Positions 13,470 through 27,170 of a stretch of 64,000 bases of DNA are shown here, one piece after another. Position numbers and translations under genes: made by a program. How positions within the stretch are numbered: the first letter of the stretch is position 1; the number at the start of each line of letters is the position of its first letter. Source of the DNA: Octopus vulgaris (taxonomy: Eukaryota); NCBI GenBank assembly GCA_951406725.2, contig OX597823.1:3720001-3784000 (forward strand). Direction: 5' to 3'. The notes below the pieces were generated by a model that was not told the DNA's origin, ran no database searches, and saw only the letters and a list, made by a program, of their open reading frames with translations.

Positions 13470-16329
13470 AATCCAAAAATTAATGAAAAATTATAATATG
13501 AAACCCATGCTTGACATTGATACCACCTTAGAAACAATCAAGCAAAAGGTATCTGTTAAAGCTGCCCACATAGCATGGTATGAAAAGTGTGTTAGGTTCC
13601 TAAAGGACAATATGTTCAAAAATAACCCAAAAAAACTTTTACAGGAAAATAGAGAAAATACCAAAAAACTTTTACAGGAAAATAGAGAAAATACCAGTTA
13701 CAGTAAAGTCTGTCCCATCAAAAGAAGAAATGCAGGGATTTTGGAATAAAACTTGGACAGAAGTAAAAATGCACAATAAAAAAGGTCCCTTGGATTTATC
13801 AAATATCTACTGACTTAGACTCCTTAGAAAAGCAAAAGTGGGAGGGTGTCAAGGTGTAGGATGTAAAATTTGCTCTCAGGAAATCAAGCAAAATTAAGGT
13901 CTCCAGGAAAGATAAGATTCTTAACTTTTGGTTGAATGCCTTCCCAGAGAGCCATGAACTGCTAACAAAACTTTAGGACAATGTTTTGCCGCAACCGAGT
14001 ACAACTCCCTCTTGGCTGGTTAATGGTGTTACATTTCTACTTCCAAAATATGAAGAAAGAAATGAACCAAAAAATTATAGACCCATAATCTGCTTAACAA
14101 CAATCTATAAAATACTAACATCTGTCTTGACTGAATATACCTATAGTTTTTTAATAGAAAGTGGCATTTTCCGTAATGAGCAAAAAGGATGTAAATGTGA
14201 GTCCTATGGTCATAAAGATCAGCTACTCATCAATAAGATGATCTTAGAAGATTATCACAAACACCACAAGAACTTGTCGATGGCCTGGGTAGACTATAAA
14301 AATGCATTTGATAGTCTACCACAAAGTTGGATTAAGAGATATCTGGAAGTTTATAAAATAGCACCTACTCTATGAAACTTCTTATCTGTAAGTATGAGAT
14401 CATGGAGAACCAAACTGACTTTGAACAGTGACAATGAATCTCTCAATGCTGGGTGACTCTCTATCACCACTCTTCTTTTGTCTAGCCTTAATACCTACCT
14501 CAAAATTACTTGATGATGTACGTCTATAAAATTTTTGATAAAAATATAAGTCATCTCTGTTACATGGATGATTTAAAGCTCTTTTCAAAACATTACCAAC
14601 AACTACAGGGCTTACTAGGAATTGTTAAACAGTTTAGTGATGACATCAGGGCAGAATTTAGCCTTGGTAAATGTGCAAAAGCTACCTTTATCAGAGGAAA
14701 AATGATAGAGACATCCAACGTTAATCTTGACCAACAGAGTGTCATAAAGGAATTAGCACCATCGGAGAGCTAAAAATACCTAGGTGTATTTGAAGGTGAT
14801 TGAATCAAATATTCAATGATGAGGGAAAAGATCAGAAAAGAGTGTTATCACAAGGTAAGGGAATACTCAAGACTGTTGAATGCAAGAAACAGGACTGAAG
14901 TGATCAATACTTTAGCGATACCAGCCGTGACTTAGTTTCAATATCATTAATTGGTCAATTACTGAAATATGTAATCTTGACAGAAAAATACAAAAAACTG
15001 TTGACAATGCATAGAATGTACCACCCTAAGGCAGACATAGAACGATTTCACCTGCCAGAAAAGAGGGTTACAGTGGACTTTTACAACTGGAATTAACAAC
15101 AAAGACCTGCCCCATGATAAAAACTGATGGGAACATAAACCACCTCCAGTGCTTGAAAATAATCCCATCTCATTCCTCTGGAACTTCACCTACCTGGAAA
15201 AACTCTGATGACTGGATGTTAAAACTTGTCTCAAAGCATGAAAACAAGAAAACATCATAGTAACAAAACAAAGAAATATCTAAGTGAATTCCAAACAACA
15301 AATCCCAAAATTAGACATTCTAGAAACAAGCACAGAAAAAGCTAAGCATATAAAATCCATGCTAAATCTGCTGCCTCAGATATCCTTAATGATAAATGGC
15401 AAGAAAAACCTCTCAATGGCAATTACCCAAAGAGAGCTACTAATGTCAATGTTGACAAAGCCGTTACCCATCAATGGTTAGTGTCTTCTGGCTTAAAATC
15501 AGAAACAGAAGGGTTTATCATAGCAGCTCAAGATCAATACCTATCTGCAAGGAACTACCAGGCCAACAAATTAAAGAGCAGCAGTAGCCCAACATGTCAT
15601 GTATGTAAAGAACAAAATGAAACCTTTGATCATGTTGTCTCCATGTGCAGTCTACAGAGTATTTTAACAGGCATGATAGAGCAGTACAGTATATACACTG
15701 GGTAATTTGCAAAAACCTAGATCTGCTCCATGATAAAAACTGGTGGGAACACAAACCATCTCCAGTGCTTGAAAATGATCACATCTCACTTCTCCAGAAC
15801 TTCACCATTCAAACTGACAGAAAGATAGATGCAAATAGGCCAGACATATTGAGGGACTTCAGACAAAAATCATGCCTCCTCATTGATATGACTGTCCCAA
15901 TTGATATAAACGTATCTGTCAAGACCTACCAAAAACTGAGCAAATATAAAGATCTTGAAATAGAAATTAGCAAAATGTGGAACCTCAATACTAAAACAAT
16001 ACCTGTTGTCATAAGTGTCCTGGGAATGATAGCAAAAGGGGCTGATTGCTACCTAGCTCAGACACCAGGAAACCCCAAAATGGCAGAAATTCAAAAGATA
16101 GATTTCATGGGAACTGCTTATATCCTAAATAAAAGACTGTCTATGTAATCCCAAGTTTTAAAACAAACTCAATTTTCTTATGTTTTCTTAAACATTCTCC
16201 AAAACAATACTTTGTGCAAAACCAAATATAAGACACCCTAGGCATAACACCAACCTGAACTTCTAACTTGTTGAGGTGTGTGGGTGATACTTGGAGTCAA
16301 CTTGTACAAATAAAAAGCATAAGTCAAAC

Positions 16330-16332
<3 letters not shown>
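13470..16332 (+). pseudogene. R4/Dong-like non-LTR retrotransposon, 5'-truncated and disrupted (RT, CCHC, restriction-like endonuclease; copy B)
   Basis: ORF pieces with PKNYRPIICL, EQKGC, WVDYKNAFDS, GDSLSPLLF, YMDDLKLF (RT); CHVC...HVVSMC zinc knuckle; RHD, ANRPDI, IDMTVP, KLSKYKDL (RLE). Many stops and frameshifts; both ends abut (TAA)n. Confidence 0.92.
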
Positions 16333-16383
<51 letters not shown>

Positions 16384-16385
<2 letters not shown>

Positions 16386-16920
16386 TGCCAACACTATGGA
16401 ATAACAACAGAAAAAAGATGGTATAGGCACATGCCAGAAAAGGTCACAGAAAATGAGAAAGCAACCATACTCTAGGATATGCCAATACACACAGATAGAG
16501 AAATTAAGGACTATAGGCCAGATATAGTTGTCAGAGATTATGAAGAAAAAATGCTTTCTAATTGATGTATCAATACCAACAATTGACAACATTTCTCTAA
16601 AAGAAATGGAGAAACTTTCAAAATAAAAAGACCTAGAAATAGAGGTAACTCAAATGTGGAATCTAAAAACAGAAATAATCCCTATAATAGGTGCATTAGG
16701 CATGATAAAAAAAAATTCAGACAAATATATAACAAAAACACCAAGATTAACAAATATATATAACATACAGAAAATAGCATTACTAGGCATTGCACACATC
16801 CTACGCAAAACACTTTCAATACAGTAACCATAAAAGCATCACAGCAAACCACATACCCAAGGCACACAGAGCTGCACTCGGTAGTGAAGTGAAAGTAAGT
16901 TATAAAAATAAGACTATTGA
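16384..16920 (+). mobile_element. R4/Dong-like 3' fragment (copy C)
   Basis: DMPIHTDREIKDYRPDIVVRDYEEKCFLIDVSIP RLE motif, followed by a (CAA/TAA)n tract. Confidence 0.85.
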
Positions 16921-16954
16921 ATGATAACAATAACAACAACAACAACAACAACAA

Positions 16955-17450
16955 TAATAATCCTTTCAACTATAGGCACAAGGCTTGAAATTTTGTGACA
17001 GAGGTGGTCGATTACATTGACCCCAGTATTCAACTGGTACTTATTTTATCGACCCTGAAAGAATAAAAGGCAAAGTCAACTTTGACAGAATTTGAACTCA
17101 AAATGTAGACAAAATGCCACTAGACATTTTGTCCAGCATGCTAACAATTCTGCCACCTCACTACCTTAATTATTAACAATAATAATGGTTTCAACTTTTG
17201 GCACAAGTCCTACAATTTTGGGGAATAATAATAATAATCCTTTCTACTGTAGGCAAAAGGCTTGAAATGTGGGGAAGCAAACCAGTTAATTACATTGACC
17301 CAATGTTTCACTGGTACTTGATTTATCGACCCTGAAAGGATAAAAGCAAAGTCAACCCCAGTGGCATTTGAGCTTAGAACATCAAGACAGACAAAATACC
17401 GCTAAGCATTTTACCTGGTGTGCTAATCATTCTGCCAGCTCACCACCTTA
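16955..17450 (-). mobile_element. Two SINE family 2 copies (Meta-domain-like, (ATT)n tail)
   Basis: Reverse complement of GTCGACTTTGCCTTTCATCCTTTCGGGGTCGATAAA-type core; tails read GGATTATTATT on the element strand. Confidence 0.75.
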
Positions 17451-17489
17451 ATAATAATAATAATGATAATAATAATAACAATAACAATA

Positions 17490-18079
17490 GGAATATAGGA
17501 GACGCCACAACAATAATAGAAATATAAGAGATGCCACAACAATATAGCCAGGCTTGTCCATTAGACACTTTGCAACAAGTATGGACTTGAGAGAGCAAAA
17601 AGTTGGTATGACCACAAAACTGAAGGCATCGTTGAAAATAGAAATGAAAAGATCCTGTGGGATTATAATTCAGTGCGATCATGAGATAGAGAATAGGAAG
17701 CCAGACATAGTCTTAATTGAGAAAGAAAGCAAGCTATGCTGGATCATAGACATAGCATGCACAGCTGACAACAAGATATGCGATAAGGAAAAAAGGAAAG
17801 TCGAGAGATATGACAGGTTAGCTTGGGAAGTTAAGCAGTTGTGGTTGATTAAAAAGGTAGTAGTAGTACCAATAATTGTCGGAGCCCTGGGAACAGTGAG
17901 CAAAAGTCTCGAGAAGTACGTTGAACAAATAGGGGTGCAATATGGGTGGAGCACTTGCAGAAAACAGCACTGCTTGGAACTGCTCGAATACTCCGGAAGG
18001 TGCTCAAAAAATAAGAGGTGTTACCTTAGTTCACTAGTAGTGAACAGCTGACACCGTAGTACATCTCCAGTGCAAAGGC

Positions 18080-18080
<1 letters not shown>
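17490..18080 (+). mobile_element. R4/Dong-like 3' fragment (copy D)
   Basis: ORF 17554-18051 contains IQCDHEIENRKPDIVLIEKESKLCWIIDIACTAD...ERYDRLAWEVKQLW (RLE); ends in (TAA)n. Confidence 0.88.
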
Positions 18081-18117
<37 letters not shown>

Positions 18118-18119
<2 letters not shown>

Positions 18120-18675
18120 GCCCTGATGCAGTACCAGGCAGTGGCTCTCATGGCTTCTGATCTTAACTGATTGGAAGTGTTATTATGTACATTGTTTTGT
18201 CTTGGTATAAAAGATGGGCTACAGCAAATATTCTGCTCAATACCACAGATTTGCTTGTCAGTTGTTTGACCTTCACCAGTTGAGCATGTCCCTTAGTGGC
18301 TGACGATATGTGCATCTCTGACCACGAGTAGAAGTAGTGGGGGAGCATAATAGCCGTGTGTTGAAAGGAATTCTTATAGGTTTGAATAATTCACCCTTGG
18401 AAACATGGGTGTTTCATTCAACATCCTTAAACAAACCTTATTCAGGGACCTTTTGTGTAGGATGGGCTACTCGACCAGAAGAAAATTCTAACTGGGCCCC
18501 ACCTGCAAGGTCATGCGCTGTTTATCTTGATATGAGATCACCGTGTCATGCACATATGGTTGTGATGCATGTGCCTGGTGTACCCTTATCAGACGGGTAG
18601 TCATGATGGGTATACTGGGCTTCATATATTTCACCCCAGTGTCACTTTGATGGCATGCACTGCTCTCTCACTCAA
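18118..18675 (+). mobile_element. Probable 3' UTR of another R4/Dong-like element (copy E)
   Basis: Lies between two (TAA)n tracts. Its 3' end CCCCAGTGTCACTTTGATGGCATGCACTGCTCTCTCACTCAATAAT recurs at about 29145-29235, joined to RLE-coding sequence, and at about 12560-12610. Confidence 0.55.
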
Positions 18676-18959
18676 TAATAGTAATAATAATAATAAAGGT
18701 TTCAAATTTTGGAACAAGGCCAGCAGTTCTGAGGAAGGGGCTGTGCCAATTACATTGACCCCAGTGTTCAACTGGAAGAATGAAAGGCAAAGTCAACCAC
18801 AGTGGAATTTGAACTCAATCATAAAGAGGGATGAAATACCACTAACCATTCCGCCTGGCGTGCTAACAATTCTAACAATAATAATAAGCAATAATAATAA
18901 TAATAATAATCCTTTCTACTATAGGCACAAGGTCTGAATAATAATAAGAACAACAACAA

Positions 18960-20560
18960 TAGCAACTAGTAAGGAGGTCCTGGAGTTATCTTCCTCATCA
19001 GATTGGTTTAAAGTGGAACAATTGTGGCAGCATCAGAGCTTGAAATTCATCTTCAACTATTCCTGCAACATGTGGGGATGGCATATCTATCTACAGCAGA
19101 TGTGATCGGAGGGAGGGGGTGGAGGGGGAGAAGACAGATTGCTGCATATATTTGCAAATGGCACTTATGATAGAAGAATATCAGACTAGCATTCTTTAGA
19201 AGAAAATACCTGAAAATGAGAGAGAGAGAGAAAGTGTGTGTGTGTGTGTGTGTGTGTTTTGTACTAATGCAGTCATAGTTATTATAACAATAGGTAAACT
19301 TATTGTGCCGACAATTTGGTGTCACATTACCTTGGCTGAATCCTTGATGTAGAAATAGTTGTGTGGCAACCATTATTATTATCATATGGTATATTGAGAA
19401 TGTCTGTTGATCATATCTAGTAAGTAGGCATGTGGCAGGCATTAAATATAGTTTGCTTATAAAGCGTAACTTGGCAGAAGCGGTCAGAACATATTCTTTA
19501 GCAGCAAACAAATATACAAATAAATAAATTTTATTTTGTTTTTATAAAAAATAATAAGAAATAAATAAAGAGAAAAAACACGGAAAATTACAAACACTTC
19601 TCAAAGAACTAACTAAAGTTTTCCCCATTGTGGTATCTGTCCCAATGTTTCAGCTTCTTAAAATACGTATCAAAAGCTAAGACCAGAGAGTGTGATTCCC
19701 CAACAGAGGAGTATAAATATTTGCAGGAATCTTTTTAGATTGTAGTCTGTTTTTCTGAGATGCTCAGTATTAATGTCAGCTTTGTTTCACTGTTAACTCA
19801 TGGCTGTAGAATTGTATGTAATAATAAGGTAACAAATATGGAATTGGAAACATTGTTTAAATACTTCTTTGTTGGCTTTCTGCTGTTCATACTGGAAGAA
19901 TTGAGCTGGTAATTGGCTATTTGGGAATTTTATGAGAATCAGTAAGATGATACTTCTAACAACTGGTATATAATGATGGAAATTCTATATAACTTTTTCC
20001 ATGAATTCCTTGTTTGAGTTAGTTTGGTATTAACATCTATTGCAAAGTATGCTGGCGATTCTTTACAATGGTTGGTGCCAATAAGAAAGTAGATATAAAA
20101 CTTGACTAGACATATTAACAGCTTTTCAGTTTCTAACCAACTGAATCAAATGAAATTTCTGCCAATTCTTAGAACTGAAACTAACTTTGTATATTCTATC
20201 ATACAGAATTTTATCTTTGACTGGGATGTAATTTAAGCAAAGTGATTGAAAGCTAGAATCTCAATTATCAAGAGATTCTTTGATGGAATTTGGAAATCCA
20301 CAAAGAAAGGGTTAGTTTTGTTTTGTTTGTAAACATTATTAAAGACGGTGTTGAAAGTAAGAAATGTTGCAAGACTTTAGCTTCAGATGTCAGCAACAAG
20401 AGTGAGAAGATATTAAAGAATATTTCCTTAGTAACAGATTTCCGTCTGATTTAATTGCTCACAGAATTAAATTTCAAAAGCAAAATCAGAATGTAATATT
20501 AATTTATTCCAAACTGTTATGTTCTATCCCTGGACAAGATGCTAAACTCTGATCTCATAA
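18960..20560 (-). pseudogene. Possible highly degenerate Penelope-like element (RT thumb / GIY-YIG region)
   Basis: Minus-strand peptide remnants such as PNCRHNKF (cf. the Penelope C-terminal CRHKNKF) and PAYFAIDVNTK. A decayed hammerhead-like CCAAT-CTGATGA-GGAAG...CCTCC lies near 19005-18960, but its GAAA is missing. Confidence 0.35.
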
Positions 20561-21541
20561 GACTCAGACCAAAGCAAGAAGTTCCTTCTTTCATTTTATA
20601 TTTTCTATGCTCAATGAATGAAAGTCTATGTTTAGTAACTGATTAAAACAACACAGAAAACTTTATCGTTGTGAAGGCATCCAAGGAAAAGGTATGAGAA
20701 GCAGAGCAGTTGCTTCATTTTACTGACCCATAGGAGAATCTGAGATCAGCCTTTTAAGTTAACAAAATACCTGTGAATTATATACACTAATAAGCTTTAT
20801 TTTCATCAATGCATCTATTGACCTTGCATTGCCTTGGGTCTACAAATTCTTGATGAAGTCAGAGGGCCATCATCATTAAATACAGTATGCTCTGAGCAAA
20901 TTTAGACCTGGCAAGACCCACCCTTCTCATGGCCCGATTATAGCTAATTTCTTCAAGAAGCGAGAAAGTCAAACAGAAAGAAAGAGTGAGAGAAAGGACT
21001 GACCCCACTTCAGTACTGGTACTTTATTTATTAGCCCCAAAAGGAAGAACATAAAGATGACCTCAAAGGTGTTTGAATTCAGATCACTGAGAACTAGAAT
21101 GATTACTGCAAAGCAATCTGCTCGACAATCTACTGTCTCAGCCAGTCAGTTACTTATATGCATAGATTTACAGCTGGTTGGACAGATTTTTTATCCCTGT
21201 CTCATCTCAGATGATTCCTGATTGGATAGATCCATGATCAAAGGTGTTCATGCTGTGATCATTTGATATTTCTTCAGGCAGTGTATACCTCAGACTACAT
21301 TATCCAGTGTGCCTTTTTAAAGACAGTAAGACATGATAGAAGGAGATTTGGCTGCTATTTCTAGCAGTTCGATTGACCACATAAGAAGGCTACCTTACAT
21401 TGTCTCATGTTGGGACAAATTATTCAGAGATATGTAACATCTGGGACACAGTTTGAAGTTGGTAAGATAACAGCAATCACTGAATCTTCAGCACATTTAC
21501 CATAATACATCATCATTGAAAGCAAGGTTAGCAGTATATTG

Positions 21542-21810
21542 TCATCATCATCATCATCATCATTTAATGTCCACTTTCCATGCTAGCATGGGTTGGACGG
21601 TTCAACTGGGGTCTGGGAAGCCAGAAGGCTGCACCAGGCCCAGTCTGATCTGGCAGTGTTTCTACAGCTGGATGCCCTTCCTAACGCCAGCCACTCTGTG
21701 AGTGTAGTGGGTGCTTATTACGTGCCACCAGCATGGAGGCCAGTCAGGACAGCGCTGGCAACGGCCACATTTGGATGGTTCTCTTACATGCTACCGGCAC
21801 TGGTATCATT
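21542..21810 (-). mobile_element. RTE 3'-tail copy
   Basis: (CAT)n plus TTCCATGCTAGCATGGGTTGGACGGTTCAACTGGGG, as at 29490-29700. Confidence 0.85.
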
Positions 21811-21933
21811 GTATATAATTTTTACATACAGACACATGCACATGCAAATATACATTGCTCTTCCTTGTCCACAAGGGAACAATATTCTTTTCTACTCTAG
21901 GCACAAGGCCTGAAATTTTGGGGGAGGGAGCCA

Positions 21934-22076
21934 CACTCTCGGAGTGGTTGGCGTTAGGAAGGGCATCCAGCTGTAGAAACTCTGCCAGATCAGATTGGAG
22001 TCTGGTTCACCAGACCTCAGTCTAATCGTCCAACCCATGCTAGCATGGAAAGCAGACGTTAAATGATGATGATGAT
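21934..22076 (+). mobile_element. RTE 3'-tail insertion nested in a family 2 SINE (21883-22215, minus strand)
   Basis: Flanked by direct repeat GGAGCCA (21927-21933, 22077-22083); ends in (GAT)n. Confidence 0.8.
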
Positions 22077-22619
22077 GGAGCCAGTCAATTAGATCAACCC
22101 TGGTAATTAATTTATTGACCCTGAAAGGATGAAAAGCAAAGTCAACCTCGGTGAAATTTGAACTCAGAACGTAAAGACTCGGTGTGAAAACGTTTCTGCC
22201 AGCTCATCACCTTAACACAAGGGAACAATATTGGGACACTAGACAAGTCTACATGGAATAGTTCCATTAGACCCCAATAGAATCCTAGTTTGGAATTTTC
22301 CCAGAATGCATTTCATGATTGAATGAAGACTGTTAGTGCATGACAACATTCCATTCCAGATACCAGTCTGGGTCTGAGTTTGATCCAGGAATGTATATCT
22401 CTGTATAATAATAGCTGATATAAATATTTGCTGGTTGGTTGGTTGGTTGAATTATCCAGTCACACTTTACAGTGTATATAGAGAAGGAAGGAGAGAATAA
22501 AAGAGAGATAAAGGGAGAGTTAATATGAGAAGTACAGGATGAGTGAACATACTAGGCTTGGAGACACAACACACACACACACACACGTGCCGGCGAAACA
22601 GAGCAAAATCGAAAGTATC

Positions 22620-22990
22620 AGAGAGATAGAGGAGTAAGAGGAGGAGGAGGAGGATAAGTAAGTGGAGGAGGAGAGGAAGAGGATGAATGAGAGGAGAAGT
22701 GGAGGAAGAGTAAGAGGATGAATGAGAGGAGGAGAAGTGGAGGAAAAGGAGGAGAAGAGGACGAATAAGAGGAGGAGAAGTGGAGGAAAAGGAGGAGAAT
22801 TTAGTGGCAGAAGTGGAGGAGTAAGGGGAGGAGGAGCAAAAGTAAGTGGAGGAAGTGGAGGAGTAAGGGGAGGAGGAGCAAAAGTAAGTGGAGGAAGAGT
22901 AAGAGAGTAGTAGTAGTAGTAGTAGTAGTGGTAGTGGTAGTAGTAGTAGTAGTAGTAGTAGTAAGAGGAGGAGGAGGAGGAGAGGCAGCA
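22620..22990. repeat. GGA-rich polypurine low-complexity tract plus (TAG)n
   Basis: Degenerate GAGGAGGAGAAGTGGAGG units, with two copies of AAGTGGAGGAGTAAGGGGAGGAGGAGCAAAAGT. Confidence 0.85.
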
Positions 22991-25924
22991 GCAGCAGGAA
23001 GTAAATGACAAAGTGGTTATGGAAGGAGTTATACAATAGAAAGGAATAATAATAAGAATAAGTTTGTCGTCTGCTGAAGACAAAATACAACAGCAATTAG
23101 CACATTGCCATTAAAATCTGCCAGAACCTATTAAGAACGAACATGTATGTCACTGTTTTGTTTTATTTAATATCATTTTCAAGAGAAGAAACATTTTCCT
23201 TCTGAAAATCAGAATTCATTTTGCATAAGCACCAAGATGTGAGACGAAAGGTAAATTGTGAGGATTGTGTGTATGCCATATTTATCTAATATTAACCAGG
23301 GTGGCACAAGTGTGCTTCCAAAATACTCTACATATGATGGGTAACACTTTAGTATAAATCATCATCATCATCATCATCATCAGGGAACATCCATCTTCAT
23401 TGCTAGCATGGGTTGGATGATTTGACAGGAGCTGGTAAGCCAGAGGACTGTGTTGAATCTCAGGCACAGGATTAGGTTTATGGTTAAGAAGTTTGCTTCC
23501 CATCCACATGGTTTCGGGTTCAGTCCATTTGCATGGCATCCATTGAATGAGAGGAGAAGTAAGTGGAGGAGGAGGAAGAGAATGAATAAGAGGAGGAGAA
23601 TTTAATGGAGGAAGTGGAGGAATAAGGGGAGGAGGATAAATATCTTCTACTATAGTTCCGGGCCAACCAAAGCCTTGTGAATGTATTTCATAGACAGAAG
23701 CTGAAAGAAGCCTGTCGTGTATATATTTCTGAATATGTGAGTATGTGTATATTTGTGTCTCATGGAGCTGACATCGCATGATAGTTGTAAATGAGTGTCA
23801 CTGTCATACAAGAGGTGTCACTCATCTGCAATACTCTGTGGAAAGCTATCTGGCCATGAGGAAAAATCACCTTGCTTGCAAACAAGTTTGTTGTCCAATC
23901 ATAGAAAATCTACCCCAATAAATTCTATCCAACCCATGCAAGCATAGAAAAGCAGACATTAGGACAGTAGAATGATGATGATGATGATGTGGATGATGAT
24001 GATATGGAAAAGTAAGAGCAGTGAAGTAGTAGTAGTAAAAAGAATATTCCAGAACCTTCACATTCTCAATAAACATTTCTTAGTAGTTTAAAACAAGCCA
24101 TCTTTACCATCCTGTAACCCATAACCTACATTCTATCACATCTTTTGTGTCAACAACTGTTTGACTAAACTAGGCTGTATTTTTTTTATTACGCAACTCA
24201 CAAAAGCTCCTAATAATTTTGTACCTGATTTTAAAACCAGGTCTACAAAATATGCTGAGTATTTGTCAGTGTCTTTCTTTAATATATCTACTTATTTATC
24301 AGGTTTATTATTTTTTGTCCTTTTTCATTTACATGACTTGCTTATTGTAATTTTATTTTACTATGACATAAGCTGCCATTCCAGTTTGTACCTATTTCAT
24401 TGATGGAAGAGGAGCGGTTGGCCTTTTAGTCTCAAAGCTGTTTTAAGGCTGGACAGACCGGCAAGACGTGTTGTCTTGTTTAATGTTGAAATGGTGACAA
24501 AGTTGTTTAAATAAAATTGCGCTCCAAAGACTTTCAAAAGGTACACATAAACACATACATGTCATAAAGCTCACAAAATTATTCACACTCATACGCACAA
24601 ACATCCTTGCAACTAAATAAATATTGCTTCAAAAGTTAAGTAAATTTGTATGATGTTAAGTTTTGGTCTTAAAAGAAATTAGGTTTATCCTGTTCAGTGT
24701 TGTTATTAAAAATGTATTTCGCTATGTAAACTATCACATATTCTTTTCTACTCTAGGCACAAGGCCAGAAATTTTGGAGGAGGGACCCAGTCACTTTGAT
24801 CAACTCCAGTATGCAACTGGTACTTAATTTATCAACCCTGAAAGCATGAAAGGTAAAATTGACCTCAGTGGAATTTGATCTCAGAACATAAAGACAGACG
24901 AAATATCACCAAGCATTTCGGTTGGTGTGCTAACATTTCTGCCAGCTCACCCACCTTATGTAAACTATCACATATCGTCATTCGCATACTGACATGAACA
25001 AAATTAAGGGCATGTACTATCATTATCTTTATTCACGTTATTAAGCTGACAAGTTGGCAGAATCACTAGAAGACCAGGCAAAATGCAAAGTGGCATTTTG
25101 TCCATCTTCGTGCTTTGAGTTCAAATTCCACTAAAGCAGATTTTGCCTGTCAATAAAATAAGTACCAGCTGAGCACTGCGGTCAATGAATCAACATACAC
25201 GTCCCTTCCCACCAAATTTTAGGCCTTGTGCATTGTGCCGCCTGACTGGCTCCCATGCCAGTGGCATGTACAAAGCACCATTCAAGCGTGGTCGATGCCA
25301 GTACCACCCGACTGGCCCTCGTGCCAGTGGCATGTAAAAAGCAGCCACTACACTCTCGGAGTGGTTGGCATTAGGAAGGGTATCCAGCTGTAGAAACAGT
25401 GCCAGATTGGATTGGAGCCTGGTACAGCCTTCTGGCTCGCCACCCTCAGTCAAACCGTCCAACCCATGCCAGCATGGAAAGCAGACATTGAATGATGATG
25501 AAGCAGGATTTTGTGCATACTTTACACACATGCGCAGCAACCAGCCTTTTATGCACATTTTACACCCATAAAAGACAGCTAGCATTTTTGTGTAAATATG
25601 CTGGTTGCAAAATGCATCTGCATGTGCATAGAGCTTAGAAGAAAAAACGGACGTGACTACAGTTGATGGAATTGAACCCAAGTACACAACTGGTATTTTA
25701 CATATACATACGACGGGCTCCTTTCAGTTTCTATCTACCAAATCCACTCACAAGGCTTTGGTCAGCCCAAAACTATAGTAGAAGACACTTGCTTAAGGTG
25801 CCATGTAGTGGGACTGGACCCAGAACCATGTGGTTGATAAGCAAGCTATTTACCACACAGCCACCCCACAAACACACACACCTCGGAAAGATAAAAGACA
25901 AAGCTGGTTTTAATGATAACAATA

Positions 25925-26335
25925 ATAATTAATGAAATTATTGTGTATAGTGCTCAGGTGCACTACAACTCATCAAAGGTGCATATACAGTACATGGGAT
26001 TATGTACAAAAGTCAGGAAAGTGGACAGTGTATGAGTTATAATATACATGTGTGCATGTGTATGGGGGGGGGCAGGGGATATCAGGTGTAGTGTTGGCAG
26101 ATTTCAGGAAGCATGGAGGTTTTAAAGGATGCAGTGTCTCAACAACTAATGACTGATGCAGGTAGTTTGTTCCATGCTTCAGCAACTCTGAGTGTGAAAA
26201 AAATGTTTCTGAAAGTCATGGGAGCTGCTTTCTGACTTTGTAGGCATGCCCGCATGTGTTAGATACCTGGAGCTCAAAAAGGTGCTCAAGGTGGTTGTTG
26301 GCACGATGGTTAATAATTTTGAGGGTGCCGACTTG
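25925..26335 (-). mobile_element. CR1-group LINE 3' fragment
   Basis: Reverse-complement homologue of 370-760, including the 3' UTR and (ATT)n end. Confidence 0.8.
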
Positions 26336-26561
26336 TAACTTATGAACAAGGTCACAAATGTTTGCGATGGTGGCGGTGGTGGTGATAGTGCTGGTGGTGT
26401 TGGGTGTATTGGATGGAAATCTGAGAATTAGATCATCTCCAGCACTTGACTGATTTGTTCTTGCTTATTCTATCCTTCAAATCATTCCTCTGAGACTGAT
26501 TCATTAAAGCTTACCAAATCCCCAAAGGATCTCAACAGAAAAGAAAATATAATAATAAATG

Positions 26562-26891
26562 TTTGTGGCTGTGCAGTAAGAAGCTTGCTTCACAGCCACA
26601 TGATTCTGAGTTCAGTCCCATTGAATGGCACCTTGGTCAAGTACCTTCTGCTATAACCTTGGGGCTGACCAAAGCCTTGTGAGTGGATTTGGTAGACTGA
26701 AACAAGCCCATTGTGTGTGTGCATGTGTGTGTGTGTGTGGGGGGGGGGGGTAAGTAGCTTGCTTACCAACCACATGGTTCCAGGTTCAGTTCCACTGTGT
26801 GGCACCTTGGACAAGTGTCTTCTGCTTTAGCCTTGGACCAACCAAAGCCTTGTGAGTGGATTTGGTAGACGGAAACTGAAAGAAGCCCGTC

Positions 26892-26962
<71 letters not shown>

Positions 26963-27170
26963 GGTGGTGCTCCAGCATGACCACAGTCAAATGACTGAAA
27001 CAAATAAAAGTAAAAGCAAACCAGTGTTGGTACATTTATGTCCCTGTAACTTAGTAGTTCGACAAAGGAGATCCAAAAGAATAATTGCAAGGCTTACAAA
27101 GAATAAGTCCTGGGGTTGATTCGTTTGACTAAAATCCTGCATGGCTGCCATCCAATGACTGAAACAAGTA
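26562..27170 (+). mobile_element. Tandem SINE family 1 copies
   Basis: Two heads (about 26562 and 26750), a long (TA)n, and rearranged tail segments. Confidence 0.8.

Noticed and set aside
22467-23096. Proline-rich/extensin-like ORFs
   Set aside because: They arise from the GGA/TAG low-complexity tract.
24160-24540. Possible Penelope pLTR or hammerhead
   Set aside because: T-rich composition is suggestive, but no CUGANGA/GAAA core with stems could be built.
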